Source of the DNA: Lama glama
Lineage: Eukaryota
Direction of reading: 5' to 3'
Length of the DNA: 64,000 bases
Assembly: GCA_028534125.1 (NCBI GenBank)
Contig: CM052818.1
Coordinates: forward strand, 26,166,001-26,230,000
The notes beneath the pieces were generated by a model. That model saw only the letters and a list, made by a program, of their open reading frames with translations. It had not been told where the DNA came from and did no database searches. Shown one piece after another: positions 13,038-26,169 of the stretch (its first letter is position 1; each line of letters opens with the position of its first letter). A program made the translations under genes and the position numbers.

Positions 13038-14015
13038 CTGAAAGGACAGAACTGCACATTAGATTAACTCAGTAACTTGACTTTATATCAGATGGTAAAT
13101 GTTTTCCACTGCAACTTATAAAAACTTAGGCAGGTAAATTGGTACCTAGAGATGATTGTGTCTACTCATGTGCATACCAGACTTTAAATTCAAATATTCA
13201 TGGCTACAAATGTGATTTGATACAGTGTTACATTCGGATCATAACACCAATGAATATTATCCAGACACTAGCTCTACACCTACAAAGAAGAGAGAACTGA
13301 TAGGTGTCAGAATCTATAAATTCTGCCCAAGTTGTAGCACCTTCTTATTTTCCTTTCTAAGTTATCTACTGTCAATGTGATGCCTCAATGGGCATTTCAG
13401 ATAATATTTGTAAGGTATTACATACACTCAAAAGAACAGTCACTTTTTTTTTAACCTAAATTACCTAAAAACATAATCCTAGAGATTTAAAACCTTTTAG
13501 ATAATGTGTTTAGAGTTGCTAAATCTTCAAACAGTTATATTGCAAACCCCACCCTTTTTTTGGTGGTGGTGGTGGTGGTGGTAAGGATGGGCTTTCCAAA
13601 TTCAGCCCAATATTAAACACTGAAAAAGGATTACTGGTAGAAATATATTTAAATATCAATGGCTGTTATATTAACGACTATAAGATAGAAATCTTAAAAT
13701 GTAGCTTTTCCTCCCCTCCAGAGAGGCAGTATGTCTTGTTCTTTATCTGTTATAAAATATTAAATATATCAAATTGATAAAAATCAAACTCAATCTGTAT
13801 AATTATATCTCTGCTTCTTGTTTTTATCATCTTAGAGCCTAGTAAACTCTTATATTTACTTTATAAATTTTAGTAATATTATTTTAAACACTTACATCAA
13901 TCATGTAGTTTGTGCAAACTGTAACAGGATTGTTATGGTCATAACACAAATGGGACAGCAGATTAAATCAAGAATTTAAAACTATACAAACATGTTATTA
14001 TCACATATCTCTTAC

Positions 14016-14190
14016 CTTTTCTTTGTGGTCACAAAGTAGTTCAAAACTCTCCATTTTGCTAGACTCATTCATACGTAAATTATCGGCAGTCTGAATAAGG
14101 GCATCTAGATTTAATTCTTCTATGTGAGTATTAAATGCCTTAGGGACTGGAAAACTCAGTTCTTCAGTGTCAGTATTAGCTGTAACATAC
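14016..14190 (-). CDS. RMDN2: RMDN2 exon 3 ((G)YVTANTDTEELSFPVPKAFNTHIEELNLDALIQTADNLRMNESSKMESFELLCDHKEK)
   Basis: Acceptor attttAG, donor AAG|GTAAGA. 175 nt, phase 2/0. Confidence 0.95.
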
Positions 14191-14249
14191 CTAAAATAGC
14201 AGAAATAATCATCAACTCTTGTGAAAATTACACTACCATGGCCAGAATA

Positions 14250-14866
14250 ATCCTTTTAAGGTGCAAGGCAAATCATTCCACTCTCAGGCTCGAAGCCCAG
14301 CAACGGTGCCCTCCTCCACTCTGAAAACACTCAAGTCCTAGTAACAGTCTACGAGGCTCGATGAGATTTGTCTCCCAATTCAATCCACCTCTCTGACCTT
14401 GTTTCCTACCACGTTTCTCACTCATTCAACTGCATACTGGCTGCCTAGCTTTTCCTTAAGTATGCCAGGGACACTCCTACCTCAGGACCTTTGCTTGCTG
14501 TTCTGGCTGATGGAATGGCTCTTCCTTCAGAATAGGATATAACTCACACCCTCACCTCCTTCAAGCCTCTGCTCAATGTCATCATCTCAGTGCAGTTCAT
14601 CCAGACCACTCCATTTAATGCTGCATCCCCCACACTCCAACTCCCTCTTCCTTCACCTCCAATCTGCCTTATCACACTTGACTTTCTTTTTCTAATATAC
14701 TGTATAATTCACTAACCTATCACATATGCTATTTTTTGTCAGTATCTCCCCCACTGGAATACATGCTCCCTAATAATAGGATTCTTTGATTTATTAATTG
14801 ACTTAGCAAGTGCCTGGAACAGCACCTGACACTGTGGATACTCACTAAATATTGCTGAATGAATGA
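14250..14866 (+). mobile_element. L2 3' fragment directly next to the exon 3 acceptor region
   Basis: cctacctcaggacctttgc...cctcacctccttcaag...gtgcctggaacagcacctgacac...aaatattgctgaatgaatga tail. Confidence 0.75.
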
Positions 14867-15089
14867 CACAGAGTTGGAGGAACTCAAATGTGTGTTATAT
14901 TATATGATATATATATAAACTATGTTCTATACACACATGCACATGTATTTATATATACACATATGCACGCAGATGCATATATATGCACACATATGTGCAT
15001 TAATCTGTAGCTCAAGATGATGTTCTAATTCTTTGCTTAGTTTCTAAAAATTCATGCTTCCTCCCATATTTCCTTTTTGGTAGCATACA

Positions 15090-17950
15090 ATTAAATCCAC
15101 TATCAGAATGGGAGATTTTTAATATAACATTCTAAGTAATTGATAGATAAAGCATATGAAAAATAGTAAAGATACAATTTAAACACCAAAATTAACAAGC
15201 TCAAATCCAACCAACATACTATATAGAACTAGACAAAGAACATCTGGAGAACACTTTCTTTTCCGGCACATACGGAATATTTATGAAAACTGTCATGTAC
15301 ACAAGGTCATGATGCAAGTCACAAAGGATAACAATTACTCTATTATGTAGACCATATTCTCTGTTCACAAAGCAACTAAATTCGAAATCACCACTGAAAT
15401 GTAGAAGAGAAAAATCCAATATTTAAGAATAATTTAAAAATACACTTCTAATTATATGCTTGACCAGAATGACTAAAATGAAAAAAAAAAAACAATGGTT
15501 GGTGAGAGAGTGGAGAAAATGGAGCTCTCACACATGGATGATGCGAGTGTAAACTGGTACAACCACTTCGAAAACTATTTTTGGCAATGTATCTTAAAGC
15601 TGGCATATGCATCCTCTACAGATTCATCAATTTGACCCCTAGGCATATATCCAAAATAAATGTGTACCTATGTTTATTCAATCATGATAGGCCATAACTG
15701 AAAACTACCAAATGCCTATAAGGAATAGAAAGCTTAAATAGTGTGGCATATTTATACAATGAAAGAAAATTAGTAATGAAAATGAATGCTCTACAACTAC
15801 ACACAACAAAATGGGTGGATGTCACAAGATAATGTCTATGAGAGAAGCTAGACACAAAAGAGTACATAGTGTATTGTTTCATTTATATAAAGTAAAAAGA
15901 TAAGTTTAACAAATTCATGCATTTAGAAATCAAGATGGGTTATCTTATTGGGCCCAAGAGGCAGGGAGTGACTGGAGGAGGGCATGGCAGGAATAGCTGA
16001 GGTGCTAATAATATTCTGTCTGCAAATCTAGGTGCTGCCTACAGAAGTGTATTCAGTTTGTGAAAATTCGTTTATCTATATACTTGGCATTTGTTATTTT
16101 TCTACATGTATTTCAAAAAGTTTAAAAAGAAATTTAAAATACAAATCTCATGTATAAGAGAATGTAGGAAAGAAAGCAGAAATCATTATAAAAAGCATTA
16201 GGAATGAAACGAAGAACCATTATTGCTACAGATACAGTACAGGTTTTAAATAACACTAGTATAAACAATTTTATGATAATAAATTTAAAATTTGAAATGA
16301 ACCAGATAACCATCTACAAAAATATAATTGGCCAAAACTGCTCAGGAAGAAATCAGTCATGAAAATGACATAAAAGGTGCCTACAATGGAAATAAAGAAG
16401 TAAAGTTATCTGTATTCACTGATGACATCATTTTGTTTATAGAAAATCCTGAGGAATCCACAAAAAAGCTATTAGAACTAATAAACAAGGTCAACAAGGT
16501 TGCAAGATCCAAGATCAACATATAAAAATCAATATATTTCTATACACTAGCAATAAACAACCCAAAAATGAAACAAACAAAAATTCATTTACTATATTAT
16601 AAAGAATAAAATTCTTCAGAAAACATTTAATAAAAGGTGTGCAAAACTTGTACAGTGAATACTATAAAACATAGTTGACATTAAAGATCTAAACACATGA
16701 AATCCCATGCTCACAGATTAGAAGATTTAATATAGTTAACATGGCAATATTCCCCAAATTTATCTAAGATTCAAAGTAATTCCTATTAATATCTCAGCTG
16801 CCAATTTTTTTTTCAGTAATTTGACAAAGTGGTGTTAAATTTCATATGGAAACACGAGGGACACAGTATAGTCAAAATAATCTTGTAAAAAAACAATAAA
16901 GAGGATTCGTACCTCCAGATTTCAAAATTTACTATAAAGCTGCAGTAATCAATACAGTGTGGTACTGTCAATAAGGATACAGATATTGGAAAAGATTAGG
17001 GTTTATTAAGAATTAAGGGTACGTACAAAAATCCTTACATTTATGGTCAATTTATTTTGACAGGAATACCAAGACAATTCAGTGGAGGAAACAATATTAT
17101 TTTCAATAAATGGGACTGAGACAAATGGATATCCACAAGCAAAAGAATGAAGTTAAAATCTTACACTATATATAAACCACAACATATATAAACATTAACT
17201 CAAAATGGCTTAAAAATCTAAATGTAAGAGATAAAACTATAAAACTCTCAAAAGAAAACACAGCAGTAAATTTTGTGACTGTGGATTAGGCAATGATTTC
17301 ATAGATATAACATCACAAGTACAAGAGACAAAAGGAAAAAATAGATACAATAGATTTTATCAAAATTTAAAACTTTTGTGCTTCAAAGGCCATCATGAAG
17401 AAAATGAAAAGGTAATTCACAAAATGGAAGACTTACAAATCATGCATCTGAATATATATACTAAATATACATATACTGAATATATGTGTTCTTATGTCTA
17501 TAGAACAAGTTAGAAAATGTAGTTTTATAAAACACATCATTTATATACTATAGGGGTATATTCAGGAAAAATACAAAGCGCCTAAGAAAAATTCCACTAA
17601 ATTTTTTAAGACTTTTGTACAGAATATTACAAAATACCATCTGAGAACACTGAGTGCCTAAATAAATGGGAACAGATACCATATCCATGGACAGGGACAA
17701 TTAACATTAAAACAATTTCATATGGTACCAAATTTTTAATCTACAGTTTTAATGCAATTCCAATCAAAATTCCAATTGTGGTTTCCTATGGAACTTACCT
17801 GACTCTAAAATTAATATGGAAGGACAAGTGTAAGAAGAGCAAAGACAATTTTACAGACAACAGGACTATAGTCTAAAGGATAAAGTAAAGTGGTTAAAGT
17901 TCGCCAATGTGGTATTGGCAGAACAACAGACAAAGTGGCCAAAACCCAAA
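15090..17950 (+). mobile_element. Cluster of nested, degraded L1M ORF2 and 3' fragments
   Basis: ORF 16328-16525 gives EVKLSVFTDDIILFIENPEESTKKLLELINK (L1 RT, FADD-type motif). ORF2 C-terminal motifs follow; many stops. Confidence 0.85.
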
Positions 17951-19212
17951 AGAGAACAACTGGGCTAGTCTCTTCTCCACATTAAAAAAGCACCCAAGTG
18001 TGGGAAACTATTCTCCTACTTTGGACAGGATACTTCTACCTATAACTGGGCATTTATCAAAAATTATGAGAAAGTTTCAAGAAAAATTTTAAAAGTAAGA
18101 CGTATCTAAATACACCTGGGAAAATTCACAATGTGTGTATTAACTTTGGGTTACAGCTTAGATTTGCACTGGGGCCAAGAGAAAAAAAACAGATATTTCA
18201 CAGATTATCTGATGGCAAACAATCTTCCCACACTCTTTTAGCAGGCCTGGAAAAGTTTGCCCTCAAATATCAAATATACTTACAAACATTCACCTCCTAA
18301 TATACTTTTTCAGCTCATTTTCTGCTCCAAATCTGACTAAGAACTGTGCCATTTTCCAAACTCTTTCATTGCTGCACAATCAATTACTTGCTTTAATAGC
18401 AACAACAGCATATCTGCAGGCATAGTTGCATTATTTAAAGAGAAAATGACATTATTTACTGTGAAAATAAAGAAGTGCATTTACACAAGTATATCAGTAG
18501 TGACTTGCATCAGAACAGAGAAAAACATGCCTGACTACAGTACTGTGGCCTCTCTCCATATCAGGCATCCTGATTCAGTTCCCTTTGCCTATATATATAT
18601 ATATACGTTTTATCTCTGATTTCAGAGTTTTCTGAATTCCCAGACATGCATAAACAAATATGCATTAAAATTATTTAATTAAAATATTTGGTTTCAATAT
18701 ACTCTACATATTTCCACTACAATATTTTTTACTTATGATTTGATTTTTGTATTAGTAAAAACATTGTCTATCAGCAGGTGTTTGGCATGAGTAATAAAGC
18801 TAGCAAGGCTGATATAAATGGGGGTTCATAAACTGATGAATATAGCTCTATAGATTACACAGGAATATTATCTGGATAACTGGAGTAGAATAAAAAAAAG
18901 TGTTAAACTCTCAAAGAATACATTTAGAAGACCTATATATCAAAGTTTGATGTTGTTTTCAGATAACAGAAGTATTACAGTAGTCACTTAAAAATTTGGG
19001 ACTAGTCAATCCATAAGCAGTAAATCTGTCAAAAGCCTGAAACAGATGAATAATCTTTGACTTCCATATTCCAATGTTAATAAGCTATCTTTCAAAAAAT
19101 ACAGAAATTAAAGTTAAATTTACACTGCAATGTGGAGATCTTTTTCACAATATGCAGTGAAGCTTAGGAAGGGAGGAGACTTCTAGGAAAACTGAGCAGT
19201 GATTTCTACAGA

Positions 19213-20218
19213 CTAAAGAGTGTGCCTGGTGGGAGAGCTTCTGATCTGAGCTGCCCTTCTAAGAGAGGGTAAAGTCTGAGGTGATCTTATTTTAGGAATT
19301 TCATTAGGTGCAGATTTGTCTTCATCTTTAGATGAGATAGTACTGTTTTCATCTTCGAAGGGATCTGAGGTGATTTCATTTTGAGATGGGGTAAAGCTAC
19401 TAGCATTTTTACAAAATCCAACTTAATGGAAAACAGGGGAAGTTACACTCTGAGAGGGGTGCTGTTGAATCGCAGCTGGACAGTTATTTCTACTGTGACT
19501 TTGAGAACCAGGATGAAGGGAACTGTTCCTTAACTGGTCTCCTCCTTGAGTATCGCTGGCAATTCCATGTTGTTGAGAGGAACAGGACATGAGAGTTGGA
19601 AGAGAAAGGATGGTCACCATGTTGTGATAGATGCTGTCAACAGTGTCCCGACGGGCTGAGGAATTAGCTTTTGTTTCAGAATTCATGAAATGTTTAGTGT
19701 TATAGTCAGGAGAACAAGAGCTTATATATTTTTCAGCATTAGTAATACTTGAGTTTTTAGAAATGATTTCAACTTCATTTGGATTAAACATGCACTGACT
19801 ACTTGACTGAGTATCAAAAAAAGTACTAGCACTCTCATAACAGGAAATTATATTCAGTTTTGGGGCAGAGAAAAAACTTTCGGATCTAAAGCGAAAATGG
19901 TCTGAAGGAGATTTTAAATCACTGAAGCTTCTTTTTTCTTGAGAATCAAAGTTAGCTCTACTTTGTCCACTTTTCCGAAATTTAACAAATAAAGAATGTC
20001 TTCTTCCAAAGAAAGACGAGTAAGAAGATGTATTTGATGGAGAAGAAAAAATTTTACTTCCTCTAGGTGAACTGCCTCTACGTATCGAAGGACGAATTGT
20101 TCTAAGATTAAGAAATGCTGTTGGCTGAGTAACAGAAGAGGCTCCATGGTGCAGGGGGTCTGAAGTAACTGGATCTGCAGGACATTTTGGCTGGAAGCTC
20201 TGGTCCTCTTTGTGGCAG
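19213..20218 (-). pseudogene. RMDN2: Large alternative N-terminal RMDN2 exon (Ser-rich), disrupted by an in-frame TAA at 19425-19423; 3' boundary uncertain
   Basis: Acceptor cttttctcactctAG (20220-20219) is in phase with the MGKCL exon. 264 open codons (CHKEDQSFQPKCPADP...GRRHSLFVKFRK...MFNPNEVEIISK...SPVFH), then TAA, then 69 more open codons (...NEITSDPFEDENSTISSKDEDKSAPNEIPKIRSPQTLPS...). Confidence 0.65.
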
Positions 20219-20854
20219 CTAGAGTGAGAAAAGTGTCAAAGTGAGGAAAAAAATAGGGAGCACAAGTGGAAACCTGCCAAGCCCCCTGAAGAATAATGGC
20301 CACCTTATCAATATGGAAACAACAGGGAGTAAGAAATTATGGCAGCTGAAGTTGACAGCCACATAGACATACCCAAAAGAATGCCTAAGTCTAAAAGATT
20401 ACTTCTAAATACCTACACAGTACTTGCCCCGTCTACTAAACCCTGGGAAGATAAGTTGAAAGACTCAGGGAAGTAGGCAGGAAGAAAGGGGGAAAACATA
20501 TGAGAGGGCATCAAAAAAAAAAAAAAAAAAAGGATTCCCTAACAGAAAATGCAGAACTTCCTGTTTTAAAAATAGTAAGTCATAATATTTGCTTGAGACT
20601 ATTAAACTACTATAATTAAAGGAGTTACTAAGTAGCATAAATGTATACCCTAGTAACTAATGCATTTTAAAATATCAACCATGGATGAAACAGAACCCCT
20701 CTGGAGAGAGTATTTCTGATAAATATCCAGCTATTCCAGCTATTTGATTATTGTGGGAAAGTAAAGGAAGCATTAAAGCTTGGTTTGTGAGTATTTCAAT
20801 GTTCTTTAGCACATGAAACACATGGAGAAGTGTTTTTTCTTTTTAAAGGCTTAC

Positions 20855-20939
20855 CTTAAGCATTTTCCCATATTGAATTTAACCCAAAGTAAATCTCTCC
20901 CTTCCTTTCTAAGCCATCATCCTTAAGCCATAAAATGCC
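20855..20939 (-). other. RMDN2: Small alternative RMDN2 exon carrying a start codon (ATG 20871, MGKCL(S))
   Basis: Branch-like ttctaac plus pyrimidine tract plus cacAG acceptor (20941-20940); ATG GGA AAA TGC TTA AG|GTAAGC donor. Resembles the start of the long human RMDN2 isoform as I recall it. Confidence 0.7.
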
Positions 20940-21817
20940 CTGTGTAGGTGGAACAGGTTAGAAGCTGAACGCACAGAATGTGATGATAGCAGATTCTAGA
21001 ATCTAGTGACAACAATTTAGAATAAAATTGTTCTGTGGCTCATCTTTCTGAAAAACACTGCAATTCATATGACTGTGGAATGTGTACTCTAACTTCATCA
21101 TGTTTAAGGAGTCAGCCAACAAATCAAGGGATGAGAAAACAACAAGATGAAGGCAATAACATATAGCTCATCTGTACAATCCTTAACTTGGGACTGTCTC
21201 TCTAACTAGCTGTCCTCCACACCCCTAGCCTACTAACTCATCCTTCCTTCACTTGACCACTTTGTATGCCAGGTTTTTACACCCTCCAGTGATGTGGAAA
21301 AGTTACTCTGACAGATTTTGGTCTGGAGGTATATATTTTTTAAAAGCCTAAATAGAAAATGTCGTTGCCCCCAAAACGAAACAGGCTTCATCTACCTTGG
21401 CAGTGAAGCATGCCACGTGATTGCATGGGCCACGTGCACAGATTATGGAGATCTGCTGTGCCGCTGTCTATAGCACCTGAGACAACTTAAACCCACTTAA
21501 AGGCAAGATCACCAGATCTATTAGAAAAGAAATACTGCCCTCTCCTTTTCCAAAACAAGTTGGAGCACTGTCCATATAATAGGTGTATGTGTGTGTATAG
21601 CCACTCACGACATAAACAACCCCTCAAATATATATATTTTAACTTCTCAATATCCTGAATACCCTACTACCACCACCTGTTTTTGTTCCCTTTCTAACAA
21701 ACTTTTTCAGGAAACCCTTGAACAAATCCCTTTTCAGAGGCCTAAAACTCTGTAATTCTCATCACATTGTCAGTTTGTAATTTGATTTTACACAACATAC
21801 AAGCTAATGAATTAATC

Positions 21818-22160
21818 TGTTACTGTTTCATGGTTGCTGGCAGATGACACACGACTCTTGGGTCAGAGACAGAAGACTTTATTACTCACAGCAAATCAAG
21901 CAATGTGATCACCAGCTTATTTATGCTGGTGATTTCTCCTTGACCCCAAGACACACAAGAGCAATGCAGAGGACCCAGAGACTCTTGCATCCACAGTGAG
22001 TTATGCTATAAAGAAAGCAACACTGAGCACAGGGCATCCTCCACTGTCATAGCAAGCAGTAACCAAATCTGCTAGATCTGCTGTTGGTCCTAAAGGGACC
22101 GTTCCTCAAAGTTTCTCATCACAAGCCAGAGAAACGGCCTGGATAAAGAGTGGCCATGCA
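21818..22160. mobile_element. Old ERVL-type LTR relic (MER54/MER74-like)
   Basis: tgttactg...ctcttgggtcagagacagaagactttattactcacagc motif. Confidence 0.45.
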
Positions 22161-22164
22161 GACT

Positions 22165-22835
22165 TTCACAAAAATTAACTCAAAATGGATCACAGACCTA
22201 AATATAAAATGCAAAACTATAAAGCTCCTAGAAGATAACATCGGAGAAAACCTAGATACATTTGGGTATGTCGGTGATTTTTTTAGATACAACACCAAAG
22301 GCACAACCCAAGAAAGAAATAACTGATAAGCTTCTGCTTGGCAAGTGATGTCAAGAGGATGAGAAGCTAGAGGCTGAGGAAAAATATTCGCAAAATACAC
22401 ATCTGAAAAAGGACTGTTACCCAGAATATACATAAACTCTTAAAACTCAACAATTAGAAAATGAGTAATCTCATTTAAAAATGGGCCAAAGACCTTAACA
22501 GACACCTTGCCAAAGAAGATACACAGATGGCAAATAAGCATAAGAAAAGATCCTTCACACCATATGTCACTAGAGAAATGTAAATTAAAACAAGAATAAG
22601 ATACCACCACACACTTATCAGAAGGGTCAAAATCCAGAATGCTGACGAACCCAAAGTCTGGTGAGGATGTGGAGCAATGGGAACTCATTCACTGCTTGTG
22701 GGAATGCAAAATGGTACAGCCACTTTGGAAGACCATTTGGAGGGTTTTATACATAACAAAACCTACTCTTACCATACAATCCAGCAGTTGTGCTCCTTGA
22801 TGTTTACCCAAATGAGATGAAAACTTATGTTCACT
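22165..22835 (+). mobile_element. L1MB/MC ORF2 3' fragment
   Basis: cacaaaaattaactcaaaatggatcacagacc...gggaatgcaaaatggtacagccactttggaa. Confidence 0.85.
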
Positions 22836-22848
22836 AAAAATACAGTTC

Positions 22849-22931
22849 TGTAGTTTTAATTAGGGGCAATTATAGTTATGCCTCATGGACATCTTTAGCC
22901 ATAACCGTAACTGCACCTAATTAAAACTACA
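22849..22931. repeat. Inverted repeat: 35-bp arms (30/35 complementary), 13-nt loop
   Basis: tgtagttttaattaggggcaattatagttatgcct / agccataaccgtaactgcacctaattaaaactaca. Confidence 0.9.
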
Positions 22932-22974
22932 ATTTTGTCATGATACCTCAGCTGATGGCTAGAATATCTTCCAG

Positions 22975-23100
22975 GAAAAAGCTTCTCAAACTTTAGGGTA
23001 CATCAGAGTCACCAGAGGAGCATTTAACATACAGATTCCTGGGCACAATGCAGAATCCCAGAGATTCTGATTTGCTGGGCCTGGGGCTGGTCTTGAGACA
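22975..23100. mobile_element. MER5-like relic
   Basis: cttctcaaacttta...catcagagtcacc...cagattcctgggc...gattctgatt. Confidence 0.55.
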
Positions 23101-24439
23101 CAGCACCTACACTCTATCTAGTCTGGGAGCTTGATGTACATGTATGTTAAAGACTGAGTAACACAAAAAAAACCTAGCTCTAAACTAGAACTGACCGAGT
23201 TACCTGGAATTGGCACATTCAAGTTTCCCTCATTAGCCAAAACAGCAACAGTGAGCTACTCTGAATTCAGTTATAAAGTCACATACAGTTATATGTTTAG
23301 TTGATCTGAGTGTGTAGTGAACGTAAACTATTCAATCTATTACATTAATGATAGTTATTTATACAAATGGCTTGCCAAATATACCTAATTATACAAAATA
23401 ACAATAATGTTCATCACTAAATTAGCACCAGGTTAACTGTTATATTTTCTTTCATTACAGTATTAAACTCTACCTACATAGGTTCACTGTTTGTAGTTTG
23501 TTACTCAGATAGCATGGTTATCTGTATGTGATCTGAAAGGAAGAAAAAATATTGCTTGGGGATCATCAAATAATTTCATGGGTTATTTCTGGAGTTTCCT
23601 TATCCGCTATTTGTTTCTTTTGAAAGAAATGCTAATAAAATTGATTCACTAGGTAGTAGTTACTGAATGCAGTCTAGTAAAAATAAGGATATTTCCTTAT
23701 TTTTTCACACAGTCAAGAGTTTGAACTGGTCTGACAACAAAATTGAAGTAGTTTTTAAAATAACAGAAACAAAAAAGGATACATTTTAGGTCAACAAGTA
23801 AATATAGATGTGTTCCAGCAACAGTGGTGGACTGACTTCCTTACCTGTACTCTCGACATCTCAGCCTCTAGCCTCTCTATCAAACTTACCCTGCAGATCT
23901 CCCAAATTGGATCAATTTGGCCCTTTGACTTCTACATATGAAATGCCAACAACTAGGGGAAAAAATCACGCTACTGTGCAAACTGGTACAATCTTGAACC
24001 TCAAGCGGAGCAGCAGTCTGCAAGGTAACCGTCACTCATGTTCCTGATGTTCTCTTCCCCTCCCCACAACGCCTCTTCCAAACTTTTTTGGTTCATGTGT
24101 TCATTCAGTTATTAATATAAATATTTAACCATCATCTATAATGTGCCGGGCACTGTGCTAAGCACCGGGCACACCACAGTAAACACAGTCAGTGCAGGCT
24201 CCTAAGGAGGCTGAAGCCCTGCTTCTTGGAAACTGACAGAATGGGAGATGAAGGGGGTCTGGGGAAGAGGGGAGTCAAGAATCGCACTCTCCTTCCTCAA
24301 AGGCCTCAGCGTTCACTTGCCTCCACTCTAAAAGACGACCTGCAGTCCTCCTTCCTGAGAAAACTAGAGTGGCGAGGCAGGAACGCCTTTAACTTCTGGC
24401 CCTGACACCCACAAAGGCACTTCATAGGCTCAAAACCAC

Positions 24440-24587
24440 CATCAATTGCAAGAAAGGAGGAAATGTTGACAAACTCTGACACAGCAATATGTTGCTATTA
24501 ACTGGTGGTAAGACATATCTTGATTTAGGAGATGTTAAAATGTGAAGGAAAAAAAAAGGTTCCTCTTATAATCAGTGACATACGGTA
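24440..24587 (-). mobile_element. MER104-like Tc/mariner MITE
   Basis: gagatgttaaaatgtgaa...tcttataatcagtgacatacggta terminus with TA. Confidence 0.5.
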
Positions 24588-24819
24588 TGTCCGACCCCAT
24601 GCACTCCTCCTGAGTTAGGACAGGCTTAAAGAGCACTCAACTGGAACTGAGGCGAGTGTTGTAGTACTTCAGTAGCCAGGCGCCCTGGGAGGCAAAGTCT
24701 GAATCCAGCAGGCATTTCACACGCACATTGGCCTTATTCCTCCTCCCTTTACGTCCTGGGATAGTGCTTTAGAGCACTCTGACACCTCGTACTTTCTTAA
24801 CTGGGGGCGAGGAAGGAAA

Positions 24820-25000
24820 GAGGCAGTGTAGAACAGTGTATAGACTCTGCCCTTGACTAAGGAATTACCTAACCTTTCCCAGACTCCATTTCCTTATCTG
24901 TAGACTGAGCATAATAGCATCATCTACCTCAGAAAGTTACTGTATGTTAAATAAGATAATGAATATGAAACACTTAGGACAGGATCTGGAACAAATTATG
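24820..25000 (+). mobile_element. MIR SINE relic
   Basis: ttacctaacctt...tttccttatctgtag...ataatagcatcatctacctc core. Confidence 0.65.
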
Positions 25001-26169
25001 GATGGAGCCGACTTCCATTTTCTTCCGTGATATTTGCAGTCACAGAACAGGGATCTTCTCCTTTCCCTTACATGACACATAGAATTACTGCAATACTTGA
25101 ATGCAGTGTATTTCTTGGTCCTGGGCATTGAAGAGGGCATGTAGGAATCGAAGTTTTATCATTGGTGCCAAGATGTAAGGGGCACCCAGATTTACTTGTG
25201 GATTCACTAGCAGAATGAATGAATATAGTGCACTTCTAGCTGTGAACAAAGCACCAGAAGCAAGATCACTCGATGAGGCTCGATGGGTGTAGGGACTTGT
25301 TTGTTGCTACTGTACCACCTACAAGAGCGCAGCTCACAGCCAGTCAGTAAACATCTATTTTAGAAATGAATGAATCTGCAAGCTTGTTCTTCCTGTCTTT
25401 CTTAACCCACTGCCTATTATATTCATAAATGTTACAGCAATGAGGGCCCTAACCAGGAAGAGAACGCAATGTAGGATATGGCTTAACCTATGTAACCTTT
25501 TTTTTCCCCTATTTGGAGTGGGGGTTTTAGAGACTTTATATTGCCAGTTGCCATGTTATTACCCAGTACTGTCTTGCAGTTAATAAAATTTCCCTAGATT
25601 CTGCAGGTGATACTGTTCTCTTTTCTTCTGCATGTTAGCTCAATACCTAAGGTGTACTGCTGCTAAAAGGGCCAGGCCACACCATGTTTCATAGGTTATT
25701 TCCTGTATTTCCCCTTTGTTTTATTTTTGACTTGAAAAAGAAAAGTCTTCTCCTGTATTTTTACTTACTCTCTATGTTGGCTTCCTCTCTGCAGCTTAAA
25801 AATATGCTCATGTGCCCCCCAGCTTGAAATAAAGTCCAAATTCAAAACAAAACAAAAAATAAATTCTCTCTGAACTCAATATCCTCTTTGTGCATTATGT
25901 ACTCGCCTTGCATTGGAAATTAAGCTCCTTGAAATAAGGGTCTCCCATTCTGGTGTCCACATCTTTACCTCTCCGTGCATTTGTCCAGGCCTAGTTCACA
26001 TTTCTGCGCTCACCACCCCCCAGGAGCTGCTCCTGCAAAGCTCATCAACAAATGACTTCCTAAGATCCAAAGCCAGGAAACACAGTTCAGTCCTCATTTC
26101 ACTTAACCTAAAACATAACATTTACTTTTAAATGTATTTTTCTAGTTCATGTGTGTGCAATCTATACTC

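Noticed and set aside
19914..20303. 129-aa ORF MAIILQGAWQ...
   Set aside because: Shadow frame. The frame in phase with the MGKCL exon and continuous with 19423-19791 is a different one.
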